A stretch of DNA of 64,000 bases from Candidatus Aminicenantes bacterium (GTDB lineage: Bacteria > Acidobacteriota > Aminicenantia > Aminicenantales > CALLJL01). The stretch covers positions 18,675 through 82,674 of the forward strand of contig JBBIRF010000006.1 in NCBI GenBank assembly GCA_037441905.1. Direction: 5' to 3'. The notes below the pieces were generated by a model, which saw nothing but the letters and a program-made list of their open reading frames with translations, made no database searches and was not told the origin of the DNA. This document shows, one piece after another, positions 49,063 to 58,371 of this stretch (positions are counted from its first letter, which is position 1; each line of letters opens with the position of its first letter). The position numbers were made by a program, and so were the translations under genes.

Positions 49063-49136
49063 GCCATTCATTCAGGTCGTTTATTTCCCAAGATAAAGCG
49101 GCCGAAAACCCTGATCCACGGGTGGTAATTTTTCTA

Positions 49137-49181
49137 TTGACACGGGGTAAAAAATTTAGTAGTTTGTAATTAGCTTACAAA
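49137..49181 (+). promoter_or_regulatory. Promoter with overlapping palindromic operator
   Basis: TTGACA-N17-TAGTTT; TTTGTAA-N5-TTACAAA (49163-49181) overlaps the -10 box and the expected transcription start. Confidence 0.7.
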
Positions 49182-49197
49182 TTACAGGAGGACGGCC

Positions 49198-49566
49198 ATG
49201 GATGGTGAAAAAGAAAGGGAGCAGATTGTGGCCAAGATTGAAGAGATAGGTTCGCAGGTAGAAAAACTGGCGATCAAGACCACCGCCTCGATAAAAAAAG
49301 CTATCGACCAGGCTTTAGCTAATCGAAACATCGTTCTCACCATCCGGGTCAACGAAGAAAGCAATAAGAAGCTAAACATGCTGGTCGATGCCGGGCTTTT
49401 TAAAAGCCGGTCAGAAAGTGCCGCCTTTCTGATCGAAGAAGGCATCCGCAGCCAGGCCCCGTTGTTCAAGAAAATTACCGAACGTCTGGAAAAGATCGAC
49501 CGCATCCGGGAGGAACTGAAAAACATTGTCACCGAGGAAATGGAGAAAACCAAAGACAAGGAATAG
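49198..49566 (+). CDS. CopG-like ribbon-helix-helix protein flanked by coiled coils
   Basis: LTIRVNEE..KKLNMLVDAGLFKSRSESAAFLIEEGI pattern; CAGGAGG SD. Confidence 0.75.
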   Translation: MDGEKEREQIVAKIEEIGSQVEKLAIKTTASIKKAIDQALANRNIVLTIRVNEESNKKLNMLVDAGLFKSRSESAAFLIEEGIRSQAPLFKKITERLEKIDRIREELKNIVTEEMEKTKDKE

Positions 49567-49608
49567 CCGGTTTCTCTGCCGGAGCAAGACGTCAGAAGAA
49601 AAGAAGCG

Positions 49609-50040
49609 GTGTGGCGGTTAAACTTCTGGTTCTTTCCTCTTTCGCTTTGCTTGCTTACTTTAACCACCAGGGACATCGAGCGAGCGTTTCTTCAAAACAA
49701 GGCTGAGCTTCTTTCGAGCCTCTGCCGGCAAGATGCGGCCATCCAGGTTTCTTTGCCCGACCCTATTTCGTTTTCTGATATTCTGACAGCGGGGCAAACC
49801 CGGGTTTTTTTCGGCCGGCTTTTTGCCTCATATCCCACCTTCGAGTTCCTGGTTGAATCGCCTCTGCCTGCCTATCCTCCAGCCCCGACGTGGGTAATCC
49901 AGTCAAGATGGTCGTTCCTGGCCAAGAAAAACCTCAGTCAGCATGTCCTGCGGGTCTATTTCTTGCTTAAAATGACGACTGAGGAAGGCAGGAGAGACGG
50001 CGGGTGGAAGATTATCGAAATCCGGGCGGAAAAAATTTGA
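49609..50040 (+). CDS. Exported hypothetical protein (possibly NTF2-like fold)
   Basis: GTG start, signal-peptide-like N-terminus, C-terminal WKIIEIRAE; overlaps the kinase start. Confidence 0.55.
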   Translation: MWRLNFWFFPLSLCLLTLTTRDIERAFLQNKAELLSSLCRQDAAIQVSLPDPISFSDILTAGQTRVFFGRLFASYPTFEFLVESPLPAYPPAPTWVIQSRWSFLAKKNLSQHVLRVYFLLKMTTEEGRRDGGWKIIEIRAEKI

Positions 50041-53000
50041 GCCTAAAAAAATTTCTTTTTTGGAGCCCGGCTTGGCGACGGGTGCTCCTCTCTCTTGGGT
50101 TAGCCTCAGCTCTTAGTTTTTCGGCCGCTGCTTTTGTCCCGGGTTGCTTATTCCGGTATCGGCCGCCTGCCCAGGTGGACTTACTCCGGAAGCAAGAACG
50201 AGCGATTATAACGAGGTTAACCACCCTCAGGACTCAGCTTGCCCGCCAGGGCCATCAACTAGCATCATCTCTCCCGTCAGGGCTCGAAAACATCTGGCAA
50301 ACCTTCGAAAAGCTCCATTTTGACCGGGAAAAGGAGGGAATCGCCTACCTGAGAGGCAGCGAAATGCTTCTCTGGCAAGGTCAAATTGTTCCGCCTGAGT
50401 TGCTCCCGCCGGCCGATGGCCGGACCCATATTATGAAATATAAAGCTTCTGTTTTTTTAACCGCGGTTTTTCCGGTCCGCAGGGACGAGAAAATCGCCCG
50501 CCTCCGGCTTCTGAGTTTTAAGCCTCCGCTGGCGACCCCGCTTCTTCCGGCATATTCTTTCCTTTCAGAAAAGGAAAAAGAGAATGCGCTCCTCGATTTC
50601 TATTCCGACGACGAGGATACCTCGGGGCTGGAAGAGATTTTTAAACGGCACCGGGATGAATACATCAGCCAGCCGAGGTCAGCCAGCGACATCTTGACTA
50701 TCTTTTTCCCGCTTCGTAACGAAGAGAAAAGAATAATCGGTACGGTCAACCTCAGGTCGCCCACGCCGGCAGCTCTCTTGTCCAGCCAAAAAAACCTCTG
50801 GCTGAGGTTAGTCTGGATTTTTGGGCTTGCCTTTTTTCTCAGCCTTTCGGCAAGCAGTTTTTTCGCCTGGAAAAAAGCTGACTTCCAGGCTCCCCGAGCC
50901 TTGGTGCCCCTCGTGGCAGGCCTGCTTGGCTGCCGCGCAGCCTGCTGGCAGTTGGTCGAGCTCGGCGGATTTCCGGCGGGCCTGAGTTCTCCCGCCTCCT
51001 TCTCGCTTCCTTTTGTCGCCAATTTCCTTGCCTCCCCGGTTGATATTTTTCTGACCTCTTTCTTTTTTCTTTTGAGCCTGGGAGCCTTTTTTATGGACCG
51101 CCGGGCATTTTTCGCTTCCTCCTCCCCCGCTCGGGTGCGGCGCAGCCGCGTGGGCGGCTTTTTCCTGTCCCTGGCCGCCTCTTTCCCGCTTTTTGGCTTT
51201 TATTTTCTGGCCTCGGCCGTTGTTTTTAATAGCGGAGCTAACCTCCTTCGTTTCTCTCCTTTTCTTGTTTCTCTCCTGCTTTTTCTTAGCCTGGTCTTCT
51301 TCCTGGCTTCGGCTCTTTTAGCCAGCTGGCTGCTTCTCACGCTCGGCCAAAAAATCTGGCCTGTTTCTCCGGCTATTCTCCGCCTGCTAACTTTGTCGCT
51401 CCTTTTCTTGCTTTTGGCAGTTTCCTTCCCGGCCCTCTCCTGGGAGAAGAAATTGCTTCTGGTTCTACCCCTTGCTGGTTTAGGCTTTATCCTCTCGCTC
51501 CTGGGATGGAAGAAAAAACCGGGGTATCGATTTCTGGGATTAGCCCTCCTCGTAGCTTTCCTCCATCTGACGCTCCGTTTTAACCTTAACCTCAAAGAAA
51601 AAAACTTGACCGAGAAATTCCTCCAGGAATCTGTCCTTTCCCAGGAAAAGTGGGCCCAGCATTTCCTGGAGAATTCTCTCGCCCTCGTTGACGCCGACAA
51701 CCAGGCTATCGCCAATTTTCTTCGCGACGGAAAAGAAGGGTCGATAGCCCGGACTATATGGGAGAGAACCTCGCTCGGCCGGTGGAATTGGTATTCGAGC
51801 CTCGAGATTCTTGACCCTGCCGGACGCCTTCTTTCCCGTTTTTCGCTTAACATTCCGCAGTTTTTCCGTCCGCCCTTATCTTTGCCGCCGAGCTCTGAAT
51901 GGAGTCTTCTAAGGGCCTCTCTTCCTTTTCCCGGAAAAGATAGAGATTTCCTCGTCGGATACCGCGACATCGAAGAAAACCAGCATCTCCTCGGCCGCGT
52001 AATCTTCTATGTCTTACTGGACGAAGAGATGCTGCCTTTCCTCTATTCGGCCGTTCCGTACTTTGACTTGCTCCGTTTTCCGTCAGTTCCTTCTTTAAAG
52101 GACTTTCCGTTCGGCGTGGCTGTCTTTAAGTCTGACGGCCAGATAACCTTTAACCCTTCCCGTCTGACTACGGGCATTTCAGTCGATGACCTGAAAAAGT
52201 TAGCCACTGCTCCTGAGAAAAAAATCTGGTCTTCCCTGGTCGACCGCGGCCGGCACTTTAAGGTTTATTATTTCTGGAACCGGGATAAAATTGTGGCCGT
52301 TTTCTGGCCGAAACCCGGTTTTATCTCGCTGGCTGTCGAATACCTGAAGCTCCTTTTCCCCTGTCTTCTGTTGGTCTACCTGCCTTTGTTCATAATCGAC
52401 AGTTTCAGCCGCCGCCGGCGTCTGGTGGCTCTATTCTGGGCCTTTTCAAGCCGGGTCTATGCGTCTTTCCTGGCCATCATCGTCATCCTGTTAATCCCCT
52501 CGAGCATCCTTATCCAGAGTTTTTTTAACCGTCTGGCGACTGAGCGCTTCCGGGAGAAGGCTGAAATTCAAGCGAGAGTGGCGCGAAACATCATCGAGGA
52601 TTTCCTGTTTCTTCAGAATGAGGAACCGGAAGCTCCGGTGCCGCTTCAGGACCTCGTCCTCTGGGTAAGTACGGCCGTGAGTAACGACGTCAATGTTTAT
52701 GAAAAGGGAAAACTGGCGGCTTCGAGTCGCCAGGAGTTTTTCGAGTCAGGAATTCTTTCTGAATGGCTTGACGGCGGCGTAGCCCACCAGCTGCTTCAGG
52801 AGAAAAAACCGTACGTCGTCTGGCGGAAAAAAATCGGCAGCTATTCTTTCGAAAACCTGGCCGTCCCTTTCAGTCTGAACGGTTCACTCCTTTTAATCAG
52901 CCTTCCTTTTCCGCTCGAGCGGCGGGAAATGGCCCGCTTTCAGGAAGAACTCTTCGAGTTTATCAGCTTCATCGCCGCCCTATCGCTCGGCCTCGTTTTC

Positions 53001-53870
53001 CTTTTTGCCCGTAGCATCGGGTCTCTGGTTATCAACCCGGTGAAAAAAGTTTTGGCCGCCACCAAAGAAGTGAGCTCCGGAAACCTCGATGTTTTCATCG
53101 ACCACCAGGGCCACGACGAATTGCAAACCCTGGTCGACGGGTTCAACCGAATGGTCTTTAACCTGAAACAGCACGAGAAAGAGCTGGCGGCAATGAGCAA
53201 GAAGGCAGCCTGGGCGGAGATGGCCCGCAAAGTGGCTCACGAAGTTAAAAACCCATTAACTCCGATAAGGCTTTCGGCGGAACACCTGCTGCGGGTTTAT
53301 GAAGAAAGGCCGGAAGAAATGGCCGCCGCTTTGCGGGAGTCTGTTGCCTACATCATCAGCGAAGTAGAGAACCTCCGGCGGATTGCCCAGGATTTCTTAG
53401 CTTTTTCCCGGGAAGGCGCGCTGGAAAAAAAGTCTTTTTCCTTGGCCGACTTAATCAAGGAGATCACCTCACCCTACGAAAAGGTCCTGCGGAGCCGGGT
53501 GGAATTCCGCCTCGAGTTGCCCGAAGAAATTCAGGTTACCGGCGACCGGGAAAAGCTCAAGGTGGCTTTTCGCAACCTCGTGGTCAACGCCGTTGAGGCT
53601 ATAAAAGGCAAGGGAAGAATAAGCGTCGAAGCCAGGCAAGAGGAAGGGGGAGTAGTAATCGAGGTTAAGGATACAGGAGAAGGCATCGACCCGAAAACCA
53701 TCGACCGGGTATTCGAGCCGGATTTTTCGACCAAAGACCTGGGCACAGGGCTTGGATTGCCGATCGCCAGGAAGATAATCGAGGACCACGGCGGAACGAT
53801 TCACCTTGAGAGTGAGTTGGGAAAGGGAACAAAGGTGAGGGTTTTTCTCCCCCAGCCTCCGTCTGACTGA
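50004..53870 (+). CDS. Large multi-TM sensor histidine kinase (NtrY-like HAMP-HisKA-HATPase core)
   Basis: HAMP (DELQTLVDGFNRM), H-box AHEVKNPLTPI, N-box NLVVNAVEA, DTGEGI, TKDLGTGLGL. Confidence 0.93.
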   Translation: MEDYRNPGGKNLSLKKFLFWSPAWRRVLLSLGLASALSFSAAAFVPGCLFRYRPPAQVDLLRKQERAIITRLTTLRTQLARQGHQLASSLPSGLENIWQTFEKLHFDREKEGIAYLRGSEMLLWQGQIVPPELLPPADGRTHIMKYKASVFLTAVFPVRRDEKIARLRLLSFKPPLATPLLPAYSFLSEKEKENALLDFYSDDEDTSGLEEIFKRHRDEYISQPRSASDILTIFFPLRNEEKRIIGTVNLRSPTPAALLSSQKNLWLRLVWIFGLAFFLSLSASSFFAWKKADFQAPRALVPLVAGLLGCRAACWQLVELGGFPAGLSSPASFSLPFVANFLASPVDIFLTSFFFLLSLGAFFMDRRAFFASSSPARVRRSRVGGFFLSLAASFPLFGFYFLASAVVFNSGANLLRFSPFLVSLLLFLSLVFFLASALLASWLLLTLGQKIWPVSPAILRLLTLSLLFLLLAVSFPALSWEKKLLLVLPLAGLGFILSLLGWKKKPGYRFLGLALLVAFLHLTLRFNLNLKEKNLTEKFLQESVLSQEKWAQHFLENSLALVDADNQAIANFLRDGKEGSIARTIWERTSLGRWNWYSSLEILDPAGRLLSRFSLNIPQFFRPPLSLPPSSEWSLLRASLPFPGKDRDFLVGYRDIEENQHLLGRVIFYVLLDEEMLPFLYSAVPYFDLLRFPSVPSLKDFPFGVAVFKSDGQITFNPSRLTTGISVDDLKKLATAPEKKIWSSLVDRGRHFKVYYFWNRDKIVAVFWPKPGFISLAVEYLKLLFPCLLLVYLPLFIIDSFSRRRRLVALFWAFSSRVYASFLAIIVILLIPSSILIQSFFNRLATERFREKAEIQARVARNIIEDFLFLQNEEPEAPVPLQDLVLWVSTAVSNDVNVYEKGKLAASSRQEFFESGILSEWLDGGVAHQLLQEKKPYVVWRKKIGSYSFENLAVPFSLNGSLLLISLPFPLERREMARFQEELFEFISFIAALSLGLVFLFARSIGSLVINPVKKVLAATKEVSSGNLDVFIDHQGHDELQTLVDGFNRMVFNLKQHEKELAAMSKKAAWAEMARKVAHEVKNPLTPIRLSAEHLLRVYEERPEEMAAALRESVAYIISEVENLRRIAQDFLAFSREGALEKKSFSLADLIKEITSPYEKVLRSRVEFRLELPEEIQVTGDREKLKVAFRNLVVNAVEAIKGKGRISVEARQEEGGVVIEVKDTGEGIDPKTIDRVFEPDFSTKDLGTGLGLPIARKIIEDHGGTIHLESELGKGTKVRVFLPQPPSD

Positions 53871-53933
53871 ACCTTAATTAGCCTGTCCCGGCTAAGGAAA
53901 ATCCTAAAAAAAGAAAATGGAAATTGCCGGCGG

Positions 53934-53946
53934 GATAATCATTCTC
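53934..53946. promoter_or_regulatory. Fur-like box upstream of flavodoxin
   Basis: GATAATCATTCTC, ~115 bp before the flavodoxin ATG. Confidence 0.5.
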
Positions 53947-54060
53947 GCTCCTTGAAACTCAATCGGGCGGATGTTTCATTGGACTGAACGCTCGCCTGAG
54001 AAAAAGACCCTGGGACAAAAAAGCCTTCCTTTTTTCCCCTGTTTTTAGGAAAATTAGGGC

Positions 54061-54561
54061 ATGGCCAAGATATTAGTTACCTATTACAGCTTAACTGGAA
54101 ACACCAAGAAGGTGGCTGAGGCCATCTTCGAGGCTCTGGAAGGCGAAAAAGAAATCTTACCGCTAAAAGAAGTCCAGGACGTATCAGGCTACGACCTTAT
54201 CTTCGTCGGGTTCCCGGTGCATAGCCATTCAGTCCCTTATAAAGTTGAATCCTTTCTCAAGCAAATCCCGGCCGGGAAAAAAATTGCCCTTTTCTCGACG
54301 CATGGCTCGCTGACTGGCGGCGAGCTCTCCCGGCAAGCTCTGGAACACGCGGCGGTTGTGGCCTCTCAAGCCAAGATAGTAGCGACGTTTTCCTGTCGAG
54401 GCCGGGTTTCAACCGCGGCCTTAGAGATTCTTTCCCGGTTGCCGGAACATGAGGCCTGGGTAGAAATGGCGGCTTCAGCCCATCATCATCCAGACGAGCA
54501 TGACCTCGAAGATGCCCGGAGCTTTGCCCGCTGGGTGATGACCATTCATCATTTGCGCTGA
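54061..54561 (+). CDS. Flavodoxin family protein
   Basis: YYSLTGNTKKVAEAI (FMN phosphate loop), DLIFVGFP, ALFSTHG. Confidence 0.9.
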   Translation: MAKILVTYYSLTGNTKKVAEAIFEALEGEKEILPLKEVQDVSGYDLIFVGFPVHSHSVPYKVESFLKQIPAGKKIALFSTHGSLTGGELSRQALEHAAVVASQAKIVATFSCRGRVSTAALEILSRLPEHEAWVEMAASAHHHPDEHDLEDARSFARWVMTIHHLR

Positions 54562-54737
54562 AGACTTGATAACGCTAAACCCAATCGCGGGAAAGCTTAA
54601 AGCTTTTAAAAAGAAACTTCGGACTTTTTTCTTTTTTCCGACGTTCGCCGCAAAAACAAGAATAAGACGACGCTTTTTCTTTTGGCTGCAAAAATCGCCT
54701 TCCGCTTGCATAACCTCCGCGTTAGCCAACTCAGGGT

Positions 54738-54962
54738 TTACCGCCCCAACAGCTTAAGCAGCACCCAGAGAAGCAAACTCAACCCGAGGCTTAAAAGGAG
54801 GCAGGTCGTTAACGGGAAAATAAAAGTGAAAGATTCTTTGCGGATAATAATATCACCGGGAAGCCGGCCTAACCATTTTATCTTCCCGGCGAGGTTAAAA
54901 ATCACTCCGAGAAGGATGAAGAAAAAACCGAGGAGCAGGAAAAGAGTGCCGACGCTTTTCAT
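54738..54962 (-). CDS. DUF2905 family small membrane protein
   Basis: WLGRLPGDI, FIFPLTTCLLLS. Confidence 0.88.
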   Translation of the reverse strand: MKSVGTLFLLLGFFFILLGVIFNLAGKIKWLGRLPGDIIIRKESFTFIFPLTTCLLLSLGLSLLLWVLLKLLGR

Positions 54963-55417
54963 TCTTCTTCCCTGCTTTTCTTCTCTTTTTCTTTCTCTCT
55001 CTTTCTCTCTTTTTCTTTTTCTTTGAATTCAATCAAAACACCGTTGAAGACACGGGGATGGATAAAAGCGACCCGGCTGCCACCGGCTCCCCTGACTGGA
55101 TCTTCCTGAAGAAAAGAAATTCCGGCGGCTTTAAACTCAGCCATCAATTGTTCGAGGTCTTTAACCTGGAAACAGATGTGGTGCACTCCTTCTCCCCTGT
55201 TTTCCAGGAATTTCTTTACCGGACTTTCCTCCCCCAGGGGCGTGATCAGCTCTATAGCCGGGCCTTTTTCTGGATAAAGATAGGCCACTCTCACACCCCG
55301 CTCGGGAATCGCTTCGCTCTCGCTCTTCTCGAGCCGAAAGCTCCGAGCCCATAACTTTAGGCTTCCCTCTAAATCCTCGACGGCAATCCCGACGTGGTCA
55401 ATTTTCTTGATTCCCAT
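54959..55417 (-). CDS. mce: Methylmalonyl-CoA epimerase
   Basis: IDHVGIAV, IELITP, RGEGVHHICF, VAFIHP...GVLIE; adjacent to meaB. Confidence 0.92.
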   Translation of the reverse strand: MGIKKIDHVGIAVEDLEGSLKLWARSFRLEKSESEAIPERGVRVAYLYPEKGPAIELITPLGEESPVKKFLENRGEGVHHICFQVKDLEQLMAEFKAAGISFLQEDPVRGAGGSRVAFIHPRVFNGVLIEFKEKEKERKREKEKEKKSREEE

Positions 55418-55418
55418 T

Positions 55419-56426
55419 TTATTCTCCTTTCCTTCTCCCCTTGGTTCTTAGTTTTTGACAAAGATAGTCGGCTGCCGTGTAAGGGTCCAATTGCCGCTCG
55501 CTAATCTTTTCAACCAGCGAATCCACCTCTTCCGGCTTCACCTGGTCGAGAAGCAAGGAATAGAGTTTTTCCCGGACCAGCTCGCGCAACATCCAACTGA
55601 TGAGCTGTTTCCTCCGGCTACGAGCCCGGACGTTATCCCTCTCCCTATGGATTTCCTTGATGGTGGCCTCGAGTTCCTCGATTCCTTCTCCCCGGGTTGC
55701 CACGGTTTTGATGATAGGGGGAATGGAATCGCCAGAGCCGGCTAACTCAAGCATGCTCCGGAGTTGCCTTTCCGCCCGGTCAGCTTCGGGTAAATCAGCC
55801 TTGTTCAGGACAAAAAGGTCGCCAATCTCCATCACGCCGGCTTTAAAGGCTTGAATATCGTCTCCAGCTCCAGGAGTTAAGACCACTACCACCAGGTCTG
55901 AATGGCGGACGACGTCGACTTCGTCCTGTCCCACGCCGACGGTTTCGACAAGAATATATTCTTTCCCCGCAGCCTCGAGAATGGTGATAACATCGCCGGT
56001 CGCCTTCGCCAGCCCCCCAAGATACCCCCGCGTGGCCATGCTCCGGATGAAAACGCCGTCGTCGGCGCTGTGACGCATCATCCGGATACGGTCACCGAGA
56101 ATCGCGCCGCCAGAAAACGGCGATGAAGGGTCGACCGCGACCACACCCACGGGAATTTTGGCCGCTCGAAACTTCTCGATTAGCTGGTCCACGAGGGTGC
56201 TTTTCCCAGTTCCAGGGGCACCAGTGATGCCGATGACGAGGCTCTCTTTTCTCAACGGATAGAGTGCTCGCAACAGGGCATCAGCTTCTGGGCCGTTATC
56301 CTCGACCAAAGAAATCGCCTGGCCGATAGCCCGAGAATTTCCCCGGCTGACAGCCCTAACCAGTGAACGGAGGGAAGCTGATAACCTGGAATTTTTTCCG
56401 GAAATGTTTTTTCCTTTTTGCCTCAA
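55419..56426 (-). CDS. meaB: Methylmalonyl-CoA mutase-associated GTPase MeaB
   Basis: GITGAPGTGKST, AVDPSSPFSGGAILGDRIRM, FIRSMATRG, VETVGVGQDE, NKAD. Confidence 0.95.
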   Translation of the reverse strand: MRQKGKNISGKNSRLSASLRSLVRAVSRGNSRAIGQAISLVEDNGPEADALLRALYPLRKESLVIGITGAPGTGKSTLVDQLIEKFRAAKIPVGVVAVDPSSPFSGGAILGDRIRMMRHSADDGVFIRSMATRGYLGGLAKATGDVITILEAAGKEYILVETVGVGQDEVDVVRHSDLVVVVLTPGAGDDIQAFKAGVMEIGDLFVLNKADLPEADRAERQLRSMLELAGSGDSIPPIIKTVATRGEGIEELEATIKEIHRERDNVRARSRRKQLISWMLRELVREKLYSLLLDQVKPEEVDSLVEKISERQLDPYTAADYLCQKLRTKGRRKGE

Positions 56427-56453
56427 GACCGCTCCTTATGCGTTTTCCGTGGG

Positions 56454-57599
56454 TTAGTATTCAGCAAGCACTTTTTGAGCGATTATCCACCGCTGAATTT
56501 CAGACGTCCCTTCGCCGATCGTCGCCAGCTTGGCGTCTCGATAAAACTTTTCCACCGGGTAATCTCTGGTAAACCCGTAGCCGCCGAATATCTGGACCGC
56601 GGTCGAAGCCGCGCGCACAGCCAGCTCGCTGGCGAAGAGTTTCGCCATGGCCGATTCTTTGGGCACCTTAAGACCCTGGTCTTCGAGGTAAGCCGCCCGC
56701 AACGTCAGGAGCCTGGCGGCCTCGAGCTCCGTAAACCCGTCGGCTAACATCCATTGGATCGCTTGGAAGTTGATGATCGGCTGGTCAAACTGAACCCGCT
56801 GCCGGGCGTAAGCCAGGCTGGCTTCGAGAGCGCCAGCAGCAATTCCCAGGGAAAAGGCGGCAATGCTCACCCGGCCGCCGTCGAGCACTGTCATCGCCGC
56901 CCGGTAACCAGTCCCTTCCTGGCCGAGCAGGTTCTCTTCGGGCACTTCGACGTCTTCAAAAATAAGCTCTGAGGTGTCGGCCGAACGAATGCCGAGCTTG
57001 TCCTCTTTCTTGCCAGCCCGGAAGCCCTTCATTCCTTTTTCTAAGATAAAAGCCGAAATTCCATTCCGGCCTTTAGTCGGGTCGGTGACTGCCATTACGA
57101 CAGCAATCTCCGCCAAAGAGCCGTTGGTGATAAACATTTTCGACCCGTTCAGAATCCACCGGTCGCCTTGCTTAACCGCCCTGGTCTTAATCGCCGCCGC
57201 GTCGGACCCCGCCCCAGCCTCGGTCAGGGCCCAGGCGCCCAAAGTCTCTCCTGAGACCAGCCGCGGCAGGTATTTTTGCTTCTGGGCTTCGTTCCCGAAA
57301 AGGTTAAGATGATTGCAGCAGAGAGAGTTGTGGGCGGCCACGACCAGCCCGACCGACGGGTCAACTTTGGATAATTCTTCGAGGATTAAGACGTAGTCAA
57401 CGTTGGAGTAACCAGTGCCGTTATACTTGGCCGGGATGATTATTCCCAGAAGACCCATACCCCCGAGCTTCCGGGTCAGGCCTTCTGGCCATTCTCCTTT
57501 GAGGTCAGCTTCTTTCACCAACGGTCTGATTTCCTTCTCGGCAAAATGGCGGATGGATTCTTTTAAGGCCTTCTGTTCTTCCGACAACCTAAAATCCAT
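56454..57599 (-). CDS. Acyl-CoA dehydrogenase (short/branched-chain type)
   Basis: [51 protein letters not shown]. Confidence 0.96.
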   Translation of the reverse strand: MDFRLSEEQKALKESIRHFAEKEIRPLVKEADLKGEWPEGLTRKLGGMGLLGIIIPAKYNGTGYSNVDYVLILEELSKVDPSVGLVVAAHNSLCCNHLNLFGNEAQKQKYLPRLVSGETLGAWALTEAGAGSDAAAIKTRAVKQGDRWILNGSKMFITNGSLAEIAVVMAVTDPTKGRNGISAFILEKGMKGFRAGKKEDKLGIRSADTSELIFEDVEVPEENLLGQEGTGYRAAMTVLDGGRVSIAAFSLGIAAGALEASLAYARQRVQFDQPIINFQAIQWMLADGFTELEAARLLTLRAAYLEDQGLKVPKESAMAKLFASELAVRAASTAVQIFGGYGFTRDYPVEKFYRDAKLATIGEGTSEIQRWIIAQKVLAEY

Positions 57600-57624
57600 A
57601 ATTGCTCCTTTCCCAAAAATTAAT

Positions 57625-57750
57625 CCTCCTCCATCTTACTCAACCTAAGGGGGTGAGCGCAAGAGGTCCCGGCGATAGCGCCGTTCCTGCATCGCCTCCC
57701 AATATCCGCTTCGGCCTGAATACTATGTCTCAACTTGGAAGAGGTGTCGG
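57625..57750 (-). ncRNA. Candidate 6S-like (SsrS) rod-shaped RNA
   Basis: Closing stem CCTCTTCCA/TGGAGGAGG, large asymmetric bubble, inner stem GGGAG.../...CACCC followed by CCT-T-AGG-TTGA, apical CGGCG/CGCCG hairpin. Shorter than typical 6S; strand not certain. Confidence 0.45.
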
Positions 57751-57751
57751 T

Positions 57752-57780
57752 TTGACAGTTATTCGGGATTAGGCTAAAGT
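57752..57780 (+). promoter_or_regulatory. Sigma70-type promoter of YHS-domain gene
   Basis: TTGACA-N17-TAAAGT, ATG 10 nt downstream. Confidence 0.7.
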
Positions 57781-57789
57781 CAACGAGAA

Positions 57790-58050
57790 ATGCTTCGTTT
57801 CTTGTTCCTCGCTGCTTTAATCTACGGGCTCATCCAATTATGGCGCTTTTTTCATAATATCCAAAAATATTCCCAACCAAAGGTCAGCCCGCCTCGGCTA
57901 ACCGGCCGGATGGTTAAAGACGAAATTTGTCAGACCTACCTGTCCGAAGAAGACGCCCTCAAAGAAAAAGTCGGGGGTAAAATCTATTATTTTTGCTCTG
58001 AGGCCTGCCGGCGTTCTTTCCTCGAAGCAAAGAAAAAGCCAAAAAATTAA
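57790..58050 (+). CDS. Membrane-anchored YHS/TRASH domain protein
   Basis: N-terminal TM; MVKDEICQTY...YYFCSEAC. Confidence 0.85.
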   Translation: MLRFLFLAALIYGLIQLWRFFHNIQKYSQPKVSPPRLTGRMVKDEICQTYLSEEDALKEKVGGKIYYFCSEACRRSFLEAKKKPKN

Positions 58051-58331
58051 TCAAACGTAAAACGGATGGTGAAATCAGGAAATTCGGCTTTATATTCTTC
58101 CCAGCTTACTTCGACCTTCTCAACCCTGGCTGCCGGCGGACCCTCTTTCAGTTTTTCCACCAGAGTCTCGAGCGCTTCCTGGCTTCCTTCAGCCAGGACT
58201 TCGACCCGGCCGTCAAAAACATTCCTTACCCAGCCGGTTAGGCCCAACGTCTGAGCCCATCTTCTGGTGAAGTCACGAAAAAAGACCCCTTGAACCCTTC
58301 CGGAAATAAAAGCATGTAATCGCGCTTTCAT
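58047..58331 (-). CDS. acyP: Acylphosphatase
   Basis: ISGRVQGVFFR, GWVRN..DGRVE, GPPAARV. Confidence 0.96.
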   Translation of the reverse strand: MKARLHAFISGRVQGVFFRDFTRRWAQTLGLTGWVRNVFDGRVEVLAEGSQEALETLVEKLKEGPPAARVEKVEVSWEEYKAEFPDFTIRFTFD

Positions 58332-58371
58332 CGTCCTTTCAATTTTCTGATGGCTATATTAGCATATTTCT

